From Gnetum montanum (Eukaryota; Plantae; Gnetophyta): 64,000 nt of DNA. The stretch covers positions 381,086-445,085 of the forward strand of contig MNCI01001300.1 in NCBI GenBank assembly GCA_015680685.1, in the 5' to 3' direction. Positions 24,701-38,100 of the stretch are shown in pieces (positions within the stretch are counted from its first letter, which is position 1; each line of letters opens with the position of its first letter). The position numbers and the translations under genes were made by a program. The notes beneath the pieces were generated by a model that saw only the letters and a program-made list of their open reading frames with translations, made no database searches and was not told the DNA's origin.

Positions 24701-26426
24701 TTAAAGATCGAGAACTTAGAAGGGAGGGGGGGACGGAAGAATAAGTTCCCAATTGAGATTGTACCTGCCACTTAGAAAACACAAAATTTTATGTGCTTCC
24801 CCAACTTGGTTACTCCATACTTGGAGGGTATAGTTTGTGCACACCTTCAAACTTACTTCCTCAATCAAATGTGGTTTGAAGGCCATTGCACCCTATACAA
24901 GCTCTGAGCTTTGCATTGGAGTGTTTCATCACTATAAAACCATTCAGCCTTGCAAGGTTACAGTAAGCTCAAAATGTGGTTTCAAGGGTCCCACAACCTT
25001 TACAAGATTTAGCTCTACTTTGGAGTGTTATGATGCTACAAAACCACTCAACCTCACAAGGCTCTAACAAGTTCAATGTGAATGCCTTCTTGCAAGAAGC
25101 ACATCAAACCCATAGGGAATTAAGAAAAAGAAAAAGGCACAAGGAAAGAAGGTAACTATAATTGCAAGTTCTTGTTGTTGAAGCTCAGTTCAACATACAA
25201 CCAAGAAAATGATGTTATAATGAAGAAATGGAATACAAAATCATAGATATGACAATGATTACTTTAATGTGAATAGTTCTTTCACAATTTCCAAGAATTT
25301 GGTATCTTCTTATAGCCTTAGAGTTTTTGAAAACTCCTTAGAGTTTGTGCAATAGCTACCCAATAGCTAATGTAGATGTCTCCTTCAAAGTTGGCACATC
25401 TAAATTGTGACATCCTGTCCTCGGATGTCATGGAAAACATCAAATATATGATATATTAGACATTATGCATAAGAAGAAAACATACCAAATGCAAAATATA
25501 AGTAATATTTAGCATTATGTATAAAGGAAATAATATGAAAAATGCAGAAAAGAAAATAAAAGAATGCTTTATTGATATGGAAGAGTGTATCCAGATCATT
25601 CTTTGAGAGTGTTTCTTGGGGTTTTCTTCCTTTGGCATCTATCACTTAGAGGCAATCCAGCACTGCCACCATGGTTAGGCCTAGAACTGGGCCAAAAGGG
25701 TGGGCTAGTTCCCTTCTTGTCTTGCTTCACCCGGCTTCCTATGAATTGCCTATACTGGCTCTGCCACCCCATGACTTTCTTGTACTAGCTCTGCCATTCC
25801 CCATGACTTTCTAGTATTGGCTCCGCCATTCCCCATGCTAGCATGACCTCTAACCCTAGGTATAAATGACTTAGGTCAAAACCCCAAAGGTTCCTCAAGA
25901 GACATGTTCATTATTACAACATGCCCTTTTGAGTCTTAATCACAACTACCGTTTTTGGATCTTGTTAAGATAATAGTAACACTTGTTATGAAAAGACACC
26001 ATCTTCATTAGGCAACCACATCATTTGGGAATGGGGATGTGACATAAATGAGAATGGCCTTTATTCAAGAGAAATGTCTTGCTAAATAATGGGGCATCTC
26101 TAGGGAGACGTCTTCTTTGGAATAAAGAGATTTACTATTTCTAAGAGACATCTTCTCAATTCTTAGGCTTTGGATTCTAAGCCTTTCCTCTCATCAATTT
26201 GTATTTTTCTCAATTTTTGAAGCATCTTCATTTGGTTTGTTGTCTTTGGTTTTAGTCCATTCTCATTCATGCTTTCATCTTGGCTTATGAAGTCTTCACT
26301 TTGTCATCTCATTGTAGTCTTGTTTTTCTAGAGTCCTTAGTTCTCAAGTGGAGTTCTTGTTTGTCTTGTAAATGCATCATCCACAAAAAACATTCTATGC
26401 TCTCCATTTTCCTTAAGGTTTTAACA
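24701..26426 (-). repeat. 5' LTR of the SIRE-like copia element, interrupted by a solo LTR; boundaries approximate
   Basis: The minus strand starts TGTTAAAACC at 26426 and has a C-rich CCCCCCCTCCCTTCT tract near its 3' end, followed by a weak Met-type PBS TGGTACTGAATCTTGG at 24699-24684. Confidence 0.55.
25406..26044. mobile_element. Solo LTR with Tekay/Del-like termini; TSD TAAAT
   Basis: Termini TGTGACATCC...GGATGTGACA; TAAAT at 25401-25405 and 26045-26049; homologous in inverted orientation to 49011-49582. Confidence 0.88.
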
Positions 26427-26699
26427 TACCAAAAGGTCAAAAATAACTAGTGTCATTTTAAGCTATTATAATACGCTATAGTAGCATACTTAGAATGATG
26501 TAGAAATAATCTTTTTATTGCTCTTATAAATATGTCACATTAAATCATGATTGATGCTATTAATAAATTTAATGTCTTGTGTCATTCATAATTTATAAAT
26601 TTTTATCAAAACTAATGCAATGTGTCACATACAAATAAAAAAAATTGAAATCACATGTCTCACTTCCCACTACTAATATTATATATCAGTTCTTTTTCC

Positions 26700-29600
26700 C
26701 TGTAGTTGACTTCTCTTCATTATCATCACTATCTATCTACATAGGTACCGGATCCTCCATTGTAGCTAGTTTTTGGCTTCCTTCTCCCTGTCCTATCTAA
26801 TAGCAAGAGTAAATAAGAAGTTAGTCAAGTTCTTTTATAATGAATTTAGATAAATTTTTTCAATGATAGGGTTTACCTTGTATATCTCAATCCATTTCCA
26901 AAATCATGTCTTTTACATAATCAAAATTTAAATTTAATGTGTCTAAGTTTTTGAATTTTGAGCTGGGAATTTTAGATAAAATGTTAGTACATTCTCCTTC
27001 ATAGGTTCTTAATTCTTCTAGGATAATAACATCTTCATCACCCTCCTTTATAGGCTCCTCTTAGAAGGCTTATCTCTACATTGTTAGCAAAACTCTAGAA
27101 AACCTCTTCCAAATTTGTTTGTTGGATGAACAAGTTTCTAATATATCTATGTATATACAAGCCCTTGTTTTTTTTAATAATTGATAGTACTCCCATTTAG
27201 ATCACCTTTTATTAGTTGAGTTCCTTCAACCTCAACTCTTTTATAATGTTGTTGAGCTTCTTAGACTTGACATAAAATGGGCCATAGCTAAAGTAGACCT
27301 TTTTCATTTCATAAAAGCTTGTTGGAACTCTAGAACTTTGCTTTTATCTTTTCAATTGGTTCTAGCTAGAAGGCTTTTCCTTAACATATTTATACAAAAA
27401 AGCTCTACTTCTGCCAATTCTAGGTTATCTAATAGAATTTTTATTTTCCTCTCATTTGGTACTTTCTTATTTCATACTTGCTTCAATAAAATAGCATTGG
27501 CATTTACTTGCTCAATCACTAATATTTCCATGTCTTTCACATTGTTAAGATCAACACTTATTTTTTTTATAGCAAGACTTCCTTGTAAGACATTGGTGTT
27601 TATTGCAAAATCCTTTAACATAAGTTGATCATTATTCAATTATATTTCTATCTCTATAATAAATACTCACATTTGTCTTAATTAACATATGCTATGTTTT
27701 GATGTGAAATACATCACATAGATACTTATGTTTCTCTAGGGAGAGAATATCCATCTTCCTCTCCATGTCCTTTAGTAGCCCCTCCATCATTAGCTACTTC
27801 TCTTTAACACAAATCCAAATTCTCTTTTTCATCTCTACAAAAGAAATGTCATGTTCAGTTAACCTTAACATGCTACTTTTAACATGTTGATTTTACATTG
27901 ATAATTAAACCTTCCCATAAGAGGTTAACAAGTTTGAGCTATTTGCCTTCTTAATCCACATACCAATCTCATCATCCTTAAAAATTGGTATGTTCTATGC
28001 ATGTATAGTTTATGCCATAGATAGGATCTCTATCTCAAAGAGATCATATAATCCTGTATCCAATTCCTCTTCCTTGCTTTCCTTATCTCCCTCTTGGCAT
28101 GTCCCATCAAAGTCTAGGTTAAATGAATTAGAGGGCAAGTCAAATTCATGCTTACCAACCTTCTTTTTTTCTGATAACATGATAAAGTTAGTAAGAAAAT
28201 ATAATTCTTCATCACTCATATCTTCCTTTTAGTCCTTGAGTATTGAAAAAAGAGTTGAGAAAAGCTTCTTAACCTTCCTTTTCAATGTTATTTTCTCTCA
28301 AGTAGCTCCTGCAAGTACAATGCAAGATAAGTCTTATTAATGCATTACATCACTTTGATATCAAAATTAACCCTAATGTTAAACAACAAGTATTAATCTA
28401 TACTAACTTAATAGTGATGTCTTACATTCAATGTTGACATCACCCAGAACTTAGACCCTATTGCTAAGCCAAATTAATGAAGTAAAATATGTTTCTTGAA
28501 ACCAAAATTAAATATTTAACTATCTTTTCTTGCAATGATTCCTAAGACACCTTCACTAAGGAAGTCTTAAAAGATATTTTCTCTTCCATAAGCTTTGAAA
28601 GATACTTCTCCTTTTGGAAGTCTTTATCTTTCGATTATGTTAGAGGTTCTCTTCAAAATCCCCTTCTTTCCCATTGCAGCATTGTCACTTATTTTCCTTT
28701 GTGGTTTCTTGATACTATTTATAGTTGAGGATGCCACCTCTTTCCTAGTCCTTGATTTTGACATCAAAGAATCTCCACCACCAATACTATATGGTAAAAT
28801 TAGACTCCCTAAGTGTTTAAACAATGGAGGTCTAAATTCTATCTTAGAAGTAATGTTTGAGTACTTCTCTACATTTATGAAAATTAAAGTTATCATAACT
28901 CTTATTAATCTATAGTAGATATCAAAATTAACACTTTTACTTACTCTCTTTCTCTTCCTCTTGTTATCCTCTTGGGAAAGCTTATATATTTCTTCCACTA
29001 TTCCTTGGTAAATAACTAATGCCTTGTCAATTTTCCTTCCTTTGAACATTATCTTGTATAATCCATATAACTACCTGGGGACTAACTCCCATTTCTAATC
29101 AATCTTATTACAAAATAGACATTCAATGAATAAGGAGAAGAGCTTTTTCAAATTCCCATTTATCCCTTTATGGATGTTGATTATGTATCTCTTTATAGAT
29201 GCCACCCATTCCTCTACCACTAATAATGCCATTGAATTATGCTTAAAGCTATTAATCTTGATTTTCCTTTATGAGAAATCATATCAATACCACAACATCA
29301 CAAGATCCCAAGTAATGATAACTACTTCTAATCCACATGAACTAAAAAAATGAGCTTTTCTACTAAGTATCTCTTTTTAAGGCCCACACATTTTATAAGA
29401 CTAGGGTAGGGGTGTTTTAGATCTAAGGCACACAATATGCATACCTAGTGAACTTGCCTAATTATTTTACTTCTTCCTCACAAAAAGTTACTTTTGGGTA
29501 CTTTCTACCTTGTTATCTTAGCTTTAAATTTCTCTACCAAGCTTATCACATCAATTAACTTGGCATCATTTAGGCTTATTTGGGCTACAACAATTAGCAT

Positions 29601-30430
29601 TAGCTAGTTAGTATGATAATTGTAATGTCATGTCTTTTTAACAAAATTTAACAACAAATGCTTACCTTTTAGTCCAAGAATGATTCTAGATCTCTTGGGT
29701 CATTCTACATTATCTCCATGGGTCTCACCCCATAGTGAATGTAACCATCCTCTATTCTCATACTCATTTCAGAATTGATGAAGATAAAGCTTCTATATCA
29801 AGCTTCAAAATGAGGCATAATCTATGATTGATAGTTGTGATGCTAGGCTAGGTCTCACAATAAAATATATAAAAATTCAAAGTGATATAACCCCTAAACA
29901 TCAAGATCCATAAACCTATCACTAACCCAAGCCAATTCTTTGATAAATTCTAACTAAGAACCACTTCTTCTTAAATATTTTTCAAACTATTACTAACTTA
30001 CATTTTCATAAAAATTTGCAAGCTAGGTAAATTTGAAATTATCCTTGATGTCTATGCTTCAAGGAGTAATGTGCTCTTAACATTGATTTACCAATACTCT
30101 TTTCTTTCTCATAGTTTATTCAAATGTTTCCTATATACTAGGATGTCTTTGGATAATTATTCTATCTTTAGCTGCTACTTATAAATTATCTCTAACAATT
30201 TGGCAAGGAACCTTGGAAGGATGAACTCTAAGAATCTCATGATAGTATCTTGATCTAGATGAATCCAAATCATCATGTGAAAGTGGTTGATGAAGAACTT
30301 TAAGAATTTACTTGTCCCTTGTCTAGCCCAAAGCTTGTGTGGCATCATGAAATAGTGGCTTGTGCTTGAAGGGCCTAGCTTTTCTCCTCTTATTTTTCAA
30401 GATGCTTCTTTTATCTACCAGTAAGAAAAA
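26700..30430 (-). pseudogene. Decayed, possibly multi-exon, transposon accessory-ORF-like gene with a coiled-coil-like region
   Basis: The minus frame from about 29340 to 28900 reads VIITWDLV...LFSLFIECLF...LYGLYKIMFKGRKIDKALVIYQGIVEEI. E/K/L-rich sequence lies at about 27200-27900. Donor- and acceptor-like sites occur on the minus strand. Confidence 0.4.
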
Positions 30431-32089
30431 CATAGGATCAATCATTAGGAGCCTTGATGCTACATTATCCTTGTGTTAGATAAGATTAACCTTTGGTCAC
30501 ATCTAAGACATAGTTTGACATGTTGATTATTTATTGATGTTTCATGTTGATAATTATGTTGAAGTCTTTTCAATGTTTGACATTAATATTAGTCTTAGAA
30601 ATGCTATGTTGAAACTAATTTCTAGAATTAAATGTCATAACATTATGACATCTGATATCAAAATTCCCTTCCTAAGTTTGATGTTGAAATTTTCTATGGC
30701 TTACATTTGCATCCTTGATGTAGCATGTTAGCCATCATATTAAAAACACTTCACATGTTTTGCAAAATTTTAATAATTTCCTTTCCATGTCATGTTCTTG
30801 CTAGGAGCTTTCCCAAACCAAAAATTGATATTTACCAAAAATATGTATAAAACAATGTGAAAATATGATGCAAAATGCTCACATTCTTGTGTTATAACAA
30901 TTAACACACAAAATATGTACAAATTCATCTTTGTAGAAATTATTTAACCTCCAAATTCTCTGTCCTAGCAACCCACATAGTACTGTTCATAAAAATAATA
31001 CTAGAGAAAATTATCATAATATCAAAATTTCAAGTCCAAAATTACATGAAAACCCTTGATAAATAATTGGTTTCTTAGCTACAACCATAAATAAACACAT
31101 GTAGCTACATGCATTTTATTTCCTAATCTTTGCAAAATAGACTTTTACCAAATCCTTAAAAACCAAGGTACTACTTGGGATCCTCGATCTCAATACAAAC
31201 TTGAAATTAAATTTATTAGTTTATACTTAATAAACTTGCTTCTTGACTAGAATTGAAAAGATCTAATCTAGAACAACATTTTACTATCTATAATTCATAA
31301 AAAATCCAAGCCCTAGTTTACTGTTCCAATGATTCTAACGTAATACATAAAAGTCTAGTACCAAGATTTTAAAACTTGGGATCTTGTTACTTACATTTAT
31401 GCCCTAGGTGGCAAGATGTAGAATTGTGATTGTCCTCTACTACTATTGGTCCCACCTTTAGCCCCTTACATGCTATTGCTACTACCACTTGCCATCTTTT
31501 TCAAATCATTATGTTGTCATTTTCTACTCTATGCTCTACTCTTACATCATTTTCAAATCACTTTGTTGTAAATAATGCTTTCATGCTACTTCTTTTACTC
31601 ACTTATCTTCCATAGCTTGATGATGCAATGTTGTCTTAATTTTGGGATATTTGGACTTCTAATGCATCTAATACTTTAATGAAAGATCAATATTGCCTTG
31701 TATTAATATTACACATTGCTTCTAATATATACTATAACAATTCCTATCTTAATGTAGATTGACATTGATACGTATTTATCATTTCTCCTTCGATCTCTTA
31801 TCTAAGACTATCTTAAAAGCTAGGTATGTTAAGCCTTGTACACATCCTTTATTTTCTTTGGATCATGTTCAATAGATATTTCTTCTATTATAGCTTCTTT
31901 AGACATCATTAAGGATGACTTACTTCCTTAATTTGATCTCTCTTTTCTCAATCCAGAATCATCTTTGACAAATGATTATTTAGTTGATTCACCTATATTC
32001 AATAATAAAGATGGAGAAAAGAAACTCTAGCTAAGTGACCTTCTCCCTTAGCATTATGAAGAAGCCATTCTAGGTACTCTTTAAAGACA

Positions 32090-32464
32090 TTCTATTATTT
32101 TTTCTTGAGGACATAGGGACATGTGTGGTCTTGAGTCTAAGTTGGTACAACATAACATCATTTTGGAAGAAGTCTTTAAACTTATTAAACATAAGATTAG
32201 GAAAATTCATTCAACCATAGATCTAGCTATAAAATAAGAGATAGCTAAAATTTATAATGTTAATTTCATTCATCCTATAGACTATTCATATTTGATCTCC
32301 AACATAGTTATGGTTCCTAAGAAGAATGGTGGTATTCACATATGCATTGACTTTCAAGATCTTAATGAGGTCATGCTTTAAGATGACTTTTCATTACTGA
32401 ACATTAATCAACTTATATATTGTAAAATTGATCATTCTCTTTTATCATTTATGTATGAGGTTTC
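32090..32464 (+). pseudogene. pol: Tat-lineage pol, RT N-terminal part (left of the insertion)
   Basis: FS*GHRDMCGL...NIVMVPKKNGGIHICIDFQDLN...DDFSLLNINQL...LLSFMY, broken at GTTTC. Confidence 0.85.
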
Positions 32465-32734
32465 TGAAACACCACAAAATTCTGAGCTTAGTACTTCTCC
32501 AACAAGAACCGAGCTAAGTCATGATGCTCCCTAGCATGACGGAAGCTTGAGGACCTCACAGGTAGCTTTAAATGGAGTCAAACTGAGTAAGAAATGGTTC
32601 CCTGGGACCCACAGAAGACTACAATGACATCTAGCATCAAACTTGGCAAATATTGAGCTCAAAATACTTGGTTTTCACTAAGTATGCATCCTGTACGTTG
32701 GCCTACACATGCCTAGTGTACAGCCCAGCGTACA

Positions 32735-33360
32735 GCAACTTTCGGGCCCCAAAAATGAGTCAAAACATGCCAGATTGAGCATCTGGACCCCCCAAGACCT
32801 TCCTCAAGGTCTCCAGTAGCTCTTAGGCCCTTGAAAATCAAATTTTTGGCTCCAAATGATGGTCTTTCATTCATGTACGCCCAGCGTGCAGCCAACATAT
32901 AGAAACTTTTGGGCCCCAAAAATAAGTCAAAACATGCCAGAATTGAGAGTCTGTACCCCCTAGGACCTTCCCCAAGGTCCCCAATAGCTCTCAGGCATTT
33001 GAAAATCAAATTTTGGGCTCCAAATGATGGTCTTTCATTCGTGTACGCCCAGCGTGCAGCTAGCGTATAGCAACTTTTGGGCCCCAAAAATGAGTCAAAA
33101 CATGACCTAATTGAGTGTCTGCACCCCCCTAGGACCTTCCCCAAGGTCCCCAATAGCTCTTAGGCACTTGAAAATCAAATTTTGGGCTCCAAATGATGGT
33201 CTTTCATTCCTGTATGCCCAACGCATACGGCCAGCATGCAGCCAGCATACAGTAATTTTTGGGCCCCAGAAATGAGTTAAAACATGCCAGAATTGAGTGT
33301 CTGGACCCCCAGGACCTTCACTAGGGTCCCCAATAGCTCTTAGGCATCCAAAAATCAAGT
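32735..33360 (+). repeat. Tandem array in the 5' LTR (167, 168 and 182 bp units plus a partial unit)
   Basis: Unit starts resembling GCAACTTTTGGGCCCC at 32735, 32902, 33070 and 33252. Confidence 0.9.
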
Positions 33361-33605
33361 TTCAACCTTGAAATGATGCACTTCCATGACTTGTATGCTG
33401 AGCATACGTACTCTGCATGCCCAGCGTGCAGCCCAGCGTACACCACCAGAAACAGCCCAAAAAGGCATGAAATGGCAAGATTTTCACTTGAAACTAACTC
33501 CCGGAGGTAGGGAAACTATTGGGCATAATCACAGGCACCCGAAAATCAAGTTTTGACCTTAAAATGAAGCATTTCCATGTGTGTACGTTGGGTACATTTT
33601 TGGTG

Positions 33606-33755
33606 TACGCTGGCATCTTGTACGTTGGCATCCTGTATGCTGGCATCCTATACGCTGGCATCCTATACGCTAGCATCCTATATGCTGGCATGCAGCACAC
33701 TGGCATCTTGTACATTGGCATCCTACACGTTGGCATCCTGCATGCTGGCATGTAG
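33606..33755 (+). repeat. 15-bp minisatellite TACGCTGGCATCCTR x10
   Basis: Ten consecutive 15-mers; source of the spurious YAGIL and RMPAY ORFs. Confidence 0.95.
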
Positions 33756-34468
33756 CACGCTGTACAGTTGTAATTGTCTATGCACTCAGACAATGTAACC
33801 ACATGTCATCCGACCTGAAATCCTCTCACCCACGACCACTCATACCCTTCCAGATCCAAATCCAATGCTCAAAAAACCTCATAAAAATCCCAATGTTTGA
33901 CTAGGGGGGGGGGCAATTTTGGGAAAAATAGAGACAAAAAGAAGAAGAAGTAGAGACATTGAGAAACCAGAGCAAAAACCTTGTACGCTGGACCTCAACC
34001 CTGCACGCTGAGCATACAGCCTTCACGCTGTGCTTGCAGTTGAAACTAGTACACCATCATCCCTTCACATCCACCAGGGTTATTCATCTACCTTGTGTCA
34101 GATCCACAACTGCGTTCAAGCCGGTGCATTGTAACTTCTATTTTGCAATAATATTGCCATATTTCTTTTGTTTAGATTTGTTACAGTTTTGTTCGTTCAT
34201 TATTGTACGCTTATTGTTTACATTCCTATAGGTTTACGCTCCGCTTTACATTAGTTACGTTGTTTACATATAACCCAGCGTACATCCTATCAGTGTACGT
34301 TCAGGGAAATCCTTGTTTGATCTGCGTGCAGACCACTCAAGGTACTCTACCTTCATTAATTCCAGCTTACCCTTAAGAAAAGGTAGGGTCTTCTGTGCTT
34401 GTCCGGGGATCTCCTGGTTTCTGTTTCATTCCAGCTGGAGATCGATGATTTCAGATAGTACAGAAAAA

Positions 34469-34485
34469 TGGTGCTAGAAGGGGGG
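34469..34485 (+). promoter_or_regulatory. Primer binding site, tRNA-Asn type
   Basis: TGGTGCTAGAAGGGGGG, 6 nt after the LTR CA, is nearly complementary to the plant tRNA-Asn 3' end. Confidence 0.8.
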
Positions 34486-34522
34486 CTTGACTTGTTTTTT
34501 TGTTGAATCGAAACGCTGATTA

Positions 34523-34777
34523 GTGTTTATGTTGCTACAGTGTTCACGCTGCTACAGTGTTTACGTTGCTACAGTGTTCAAGCTGCTACAAGGTTTACAC
34601 TGCTACAGTGTTCACGCCGCTATAGTGTTTATGCTGCTACAGGGTTTATGCTGCTACAGTGTTCACGCTACTACAATGTTTACGCTACTACAGGGTTTAC
34701 GCTGCTACAGTGTTTACGCTACTACAGTGTTCACGCTACTACAGGGTTTACGCTGCTACAAGGTTTACGCTGCTACG
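34523..34777 (+). repeat. 17-bp minisatellite GTGTTTACGCTGCTACA x15 in the 5' leader
   Basis: Fifteen consecutive 17-mers just downstream of the PBS. Confidence 0.95.
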
Positions 34778-35148
34778 GTACAGCTACAATGTTTTTTTCA
34801 ACAAAAACACACAAAACACATCTATTTCAAAGCTGAATTCGCTGCGATTCGCACCTACTTCAAGCCAGTCTAAGTACTAATGGACACTAATAGGGATCAC
34901 CTTGTCCAATGCATACAATACACACAACATAACGATTCCGAGATGACTTTCTCTTACCCGAGCTCACCATCCGCATACGAGTACGGTTCATAAGTTCATA
35001 CTTAGCCAAATTTTCTCCCGTTTACATTGTACACGCTGGACACTTAGAAAAATTTTCAGTGTTCACACTTTGGAAACTCTGCACACTTAGCCCGAAACAC
35101 ACTCGGCACTTATTAGCCAGCTCATACGCTGCCCCTTCACACATCACC

Positions 35149-38100
35149 ATGGAGTCATCCCAGACCTCTAATGCACGCACCTTCGTAATCCTCACACAAG
35201 AACAATACAACTTTATCTGTGTGAAGATTCAAGCTAACCTTCCTCTTGACACCATAGAGTAGGTGGCAAAACGAAACTTCGAGCGCATATACATGGGAGG
35301 CCATGAATTCGTCCCCTCTGTATATGACATCTTCCCCCTTTTTGATCCTCATCATAAGCTCATCTCCCAGCTCCTTCTGGCTAGGAGCCAAAACACACGG
35401 TGACCCAATTAGGAGCCCCAAAACCAACATGATGTAGATGACATTGAGGCACAATCTGAACCTGAGGATTCATACCACACCCTCAGTCCCCATGCCTACG
35501 TGAACCCATCACTCCATTCTCGCATGGGACAGACAGCCACCCACCAAGCCTCAACGAGCATGCAAGCATCGGTGTCCTGACATGGACTACCCACATCCAC
35601 ATCCACCCAGTACATGCTGCCAGTGCAAATGCATGGGGCCACTTTTGTTACATCAGCCCCACACATTCAGGGTGTCACTTCACAGTTTCTAGCTAGGCAA
35701 GGAACCATACCCCTTGTTCAAAAACCCACTTACTTCAACGTGCCACACCCCACAACTACAACTCTGAACGTTGCTCCACAGCAACAAATGACAACCCAAC
35801 AATCTCCCCAACCAACAAATATGCCTACTACTCAAGAGTGGGTAGAAGCAAAATAGATGATGTAAACATTAGCTGATGAGGTAAAGCAACTCAAAACAGC
35901 CAACACTGAACAAGTTAAAGTACTGGATTTCTACCAGGATGATCTAATTAGTTCTTCAGTGCCACCGTTAGCTTTACCCAAGGGAATCATCCTCCCACAG
36001 TTAACCAAGTACAACGGGAAGGGAGATCCAAACGCTCACTTAGTCATGTTTCGATTAGAAACTCTATTGCTTCAAGCTTGGCCTCACGCAATCTTGCGAG
36101 TGTTCGCTATGTCCTTAACGGGTGTAGCCTTAGACTGGTACTAAGCCTTGCCTCGTAACTCCATATCCTCTCTGGAGGATCTGTTACATTAGTTCGTTAC
36201 CCGGTTTAAGTACAACCCCAAGCCTAAAGCCACACTAGATAGCCTGATATAGGTGAAACAAGCACCACTTGAGCCTGTGCAAAAGTTCATCCAACGATGA
36301 AGTGCAGCCCTTAACAAACTTCATGAGCCCATCCCTAAAAAATATTTGCTTACGATTCTGAAGGGAGCCATGAATGACTTCATTAAGTCAAAACTATACT
36401 ACCTAAGTGCTCAAACATTGAGCCAAGCCTTCACACAAATCAAGAACATTGAACAAGCTACACAAACCAGCAATGACCTCGCCTATGTGGCTTACAAGAA
36501 CCAACACGTTGCCAAACAACAGACAACAATGGAAACTGTAGCCGTAAGCACAAAAACAACAAACACCAGTACCAACCCGCCTGCAACAACAGGGGCCACC
36601 CCAAGGCCCAACTTTCAACTCAAGGATCACTCTAAGTACACACCTCTACCTACACGACCTTCTGAACTACTAGAGCAACTCCTTAAAGCCAGGCAAATCC
36701 AATACAAACACGTAGCAGAGAATTCTCGTCATCGACATGATAGGTACTGCGAGCTATTGAGGAACCCCACCTTAGCAGAACCAAATGAGCCCCCTAGTTC
36801 CACGACATTTCAAGTTAGACCAATTCTGTCACTACCACCAGATGTTCGGTCATAACACCAACACCTATTGTGCATTATAGGATGATCTACAAGAAATGAT
36901 AGAACGGGGCCAACTCAACATCAACACCCTGAATCAACCTAGCATAGATGATGCCTCCTATGTCATAAACTCCATTGGCATAGATAGTAGGTCTAAACTT
37001 ATGCAGCAACCTTTTGTGATCTGTGTGCCTCCCAGCAAGGCAACAAGCCCCTCTGTCTCCACCAGCAAGGGGCCTCCCATCATCATCAAGATGTCACCTA
37101 GTGCACTGATGACACCTTTTGTGGTCAAAGTACCACCACCTCATTAGTCCACTAAGACATTAAATTGGTAGGATTCAACGCAATTCCGAGCACTGAAGAC
37201 ATCCTTCGTGGTCAAAGTACCACCACAGACGTCCGCTAAGACGTTAAATTGGCACGATGCACCAACGACAACAACAAAGAAACCTTTCATTATCAAGGTG
37301 CCACAACAAGCTAGTCAAATAGCAATGACACCTCCCAAACTACCATTTGTCATAAAGGTGCCACCACGCGATGGCCCCTCGCCTACCCAGAGCCCAACCA
37401 TAGGCAATTTCTCGACCTCTTCTCCCTCAAGAGTCAACCTTGCCAACAACACAAGTAAGCAAACCAACTGGCAATAGAAGAAAACAAACGAACAACGAAC
37501 AACACTTGTAGCCAAAATAAAAGCCACATCTAGTACATAGCAACTGAACACTGGGGCCCCTGTCCCTAATCCTAAACAAACTAGGCCTAAGTCCTTGACC
37601 CATACAGAGGCAACCAACACAACGACAAACAACATGGACTTTGTAGCTACATTGGCCCAAGTGAAAAAAATGCTCAAACAAAAGAACACAACCATGAGCT
37701 TGTATGACCTGGTCATGACATCATCAGCTCATTGTGAAGCCTTAGCGCAAATGTTAGCATCCATTCCTATTATAAAGGACATCCCTGCTAACATGGAATC
37801 CATCCGTGCAATGATTTCACAAGAAACACCACAAGGATCGGGTTCCAACACCTTAGCCTTCCACGAAGATGTAGTTTAAGTCATCCTCGAACGAGGGGAA
37901 GTCACAACAGCTCCATTATCGATTAGTGTACGTGTTGGGCAATGTACCATTCGTAGAGTGCACGTTGATGATGGTGCGGCAACAAATGTAGTTCTATACT
38001 CTGTCATTGACAAACTAGGCATGGTAGATGAGATCATGCCATCAGAAACCACATGTCTAAAATCCTTCAACGGATCATGTGTCATGGTTAAGGGCACAAT

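Larger units (their letters stand above)
32465..34462 (+). repeat. 5' LTR (1998 bp) containing 167-182 bp and 15-bp tandem arrays
   Basis: Colinear with 40359-42092 apart from array copy number. Confidence 0.95.

Noticed and set aside
26427-26470. Copia LTR shared with an upstream tandem element that would own the 26.7-30.4 kb ORF
   Set aside because: There is no polypurine tract on the minus strand immediately before the LTR start.
33494-33802. Repeat proteins (YAGIL, RMPAY, LASCT ORFs; also 41078-41436 and 34523-34880)
   Set aside because: They are open in several frames on both strands because they translate stop-poor minisatellites in the LTR and leader.
34469-34485. tRNA gene
   Set aside because: Only a 17-nt complement of a tRNA 3' end (PBS); no cloverleaf.
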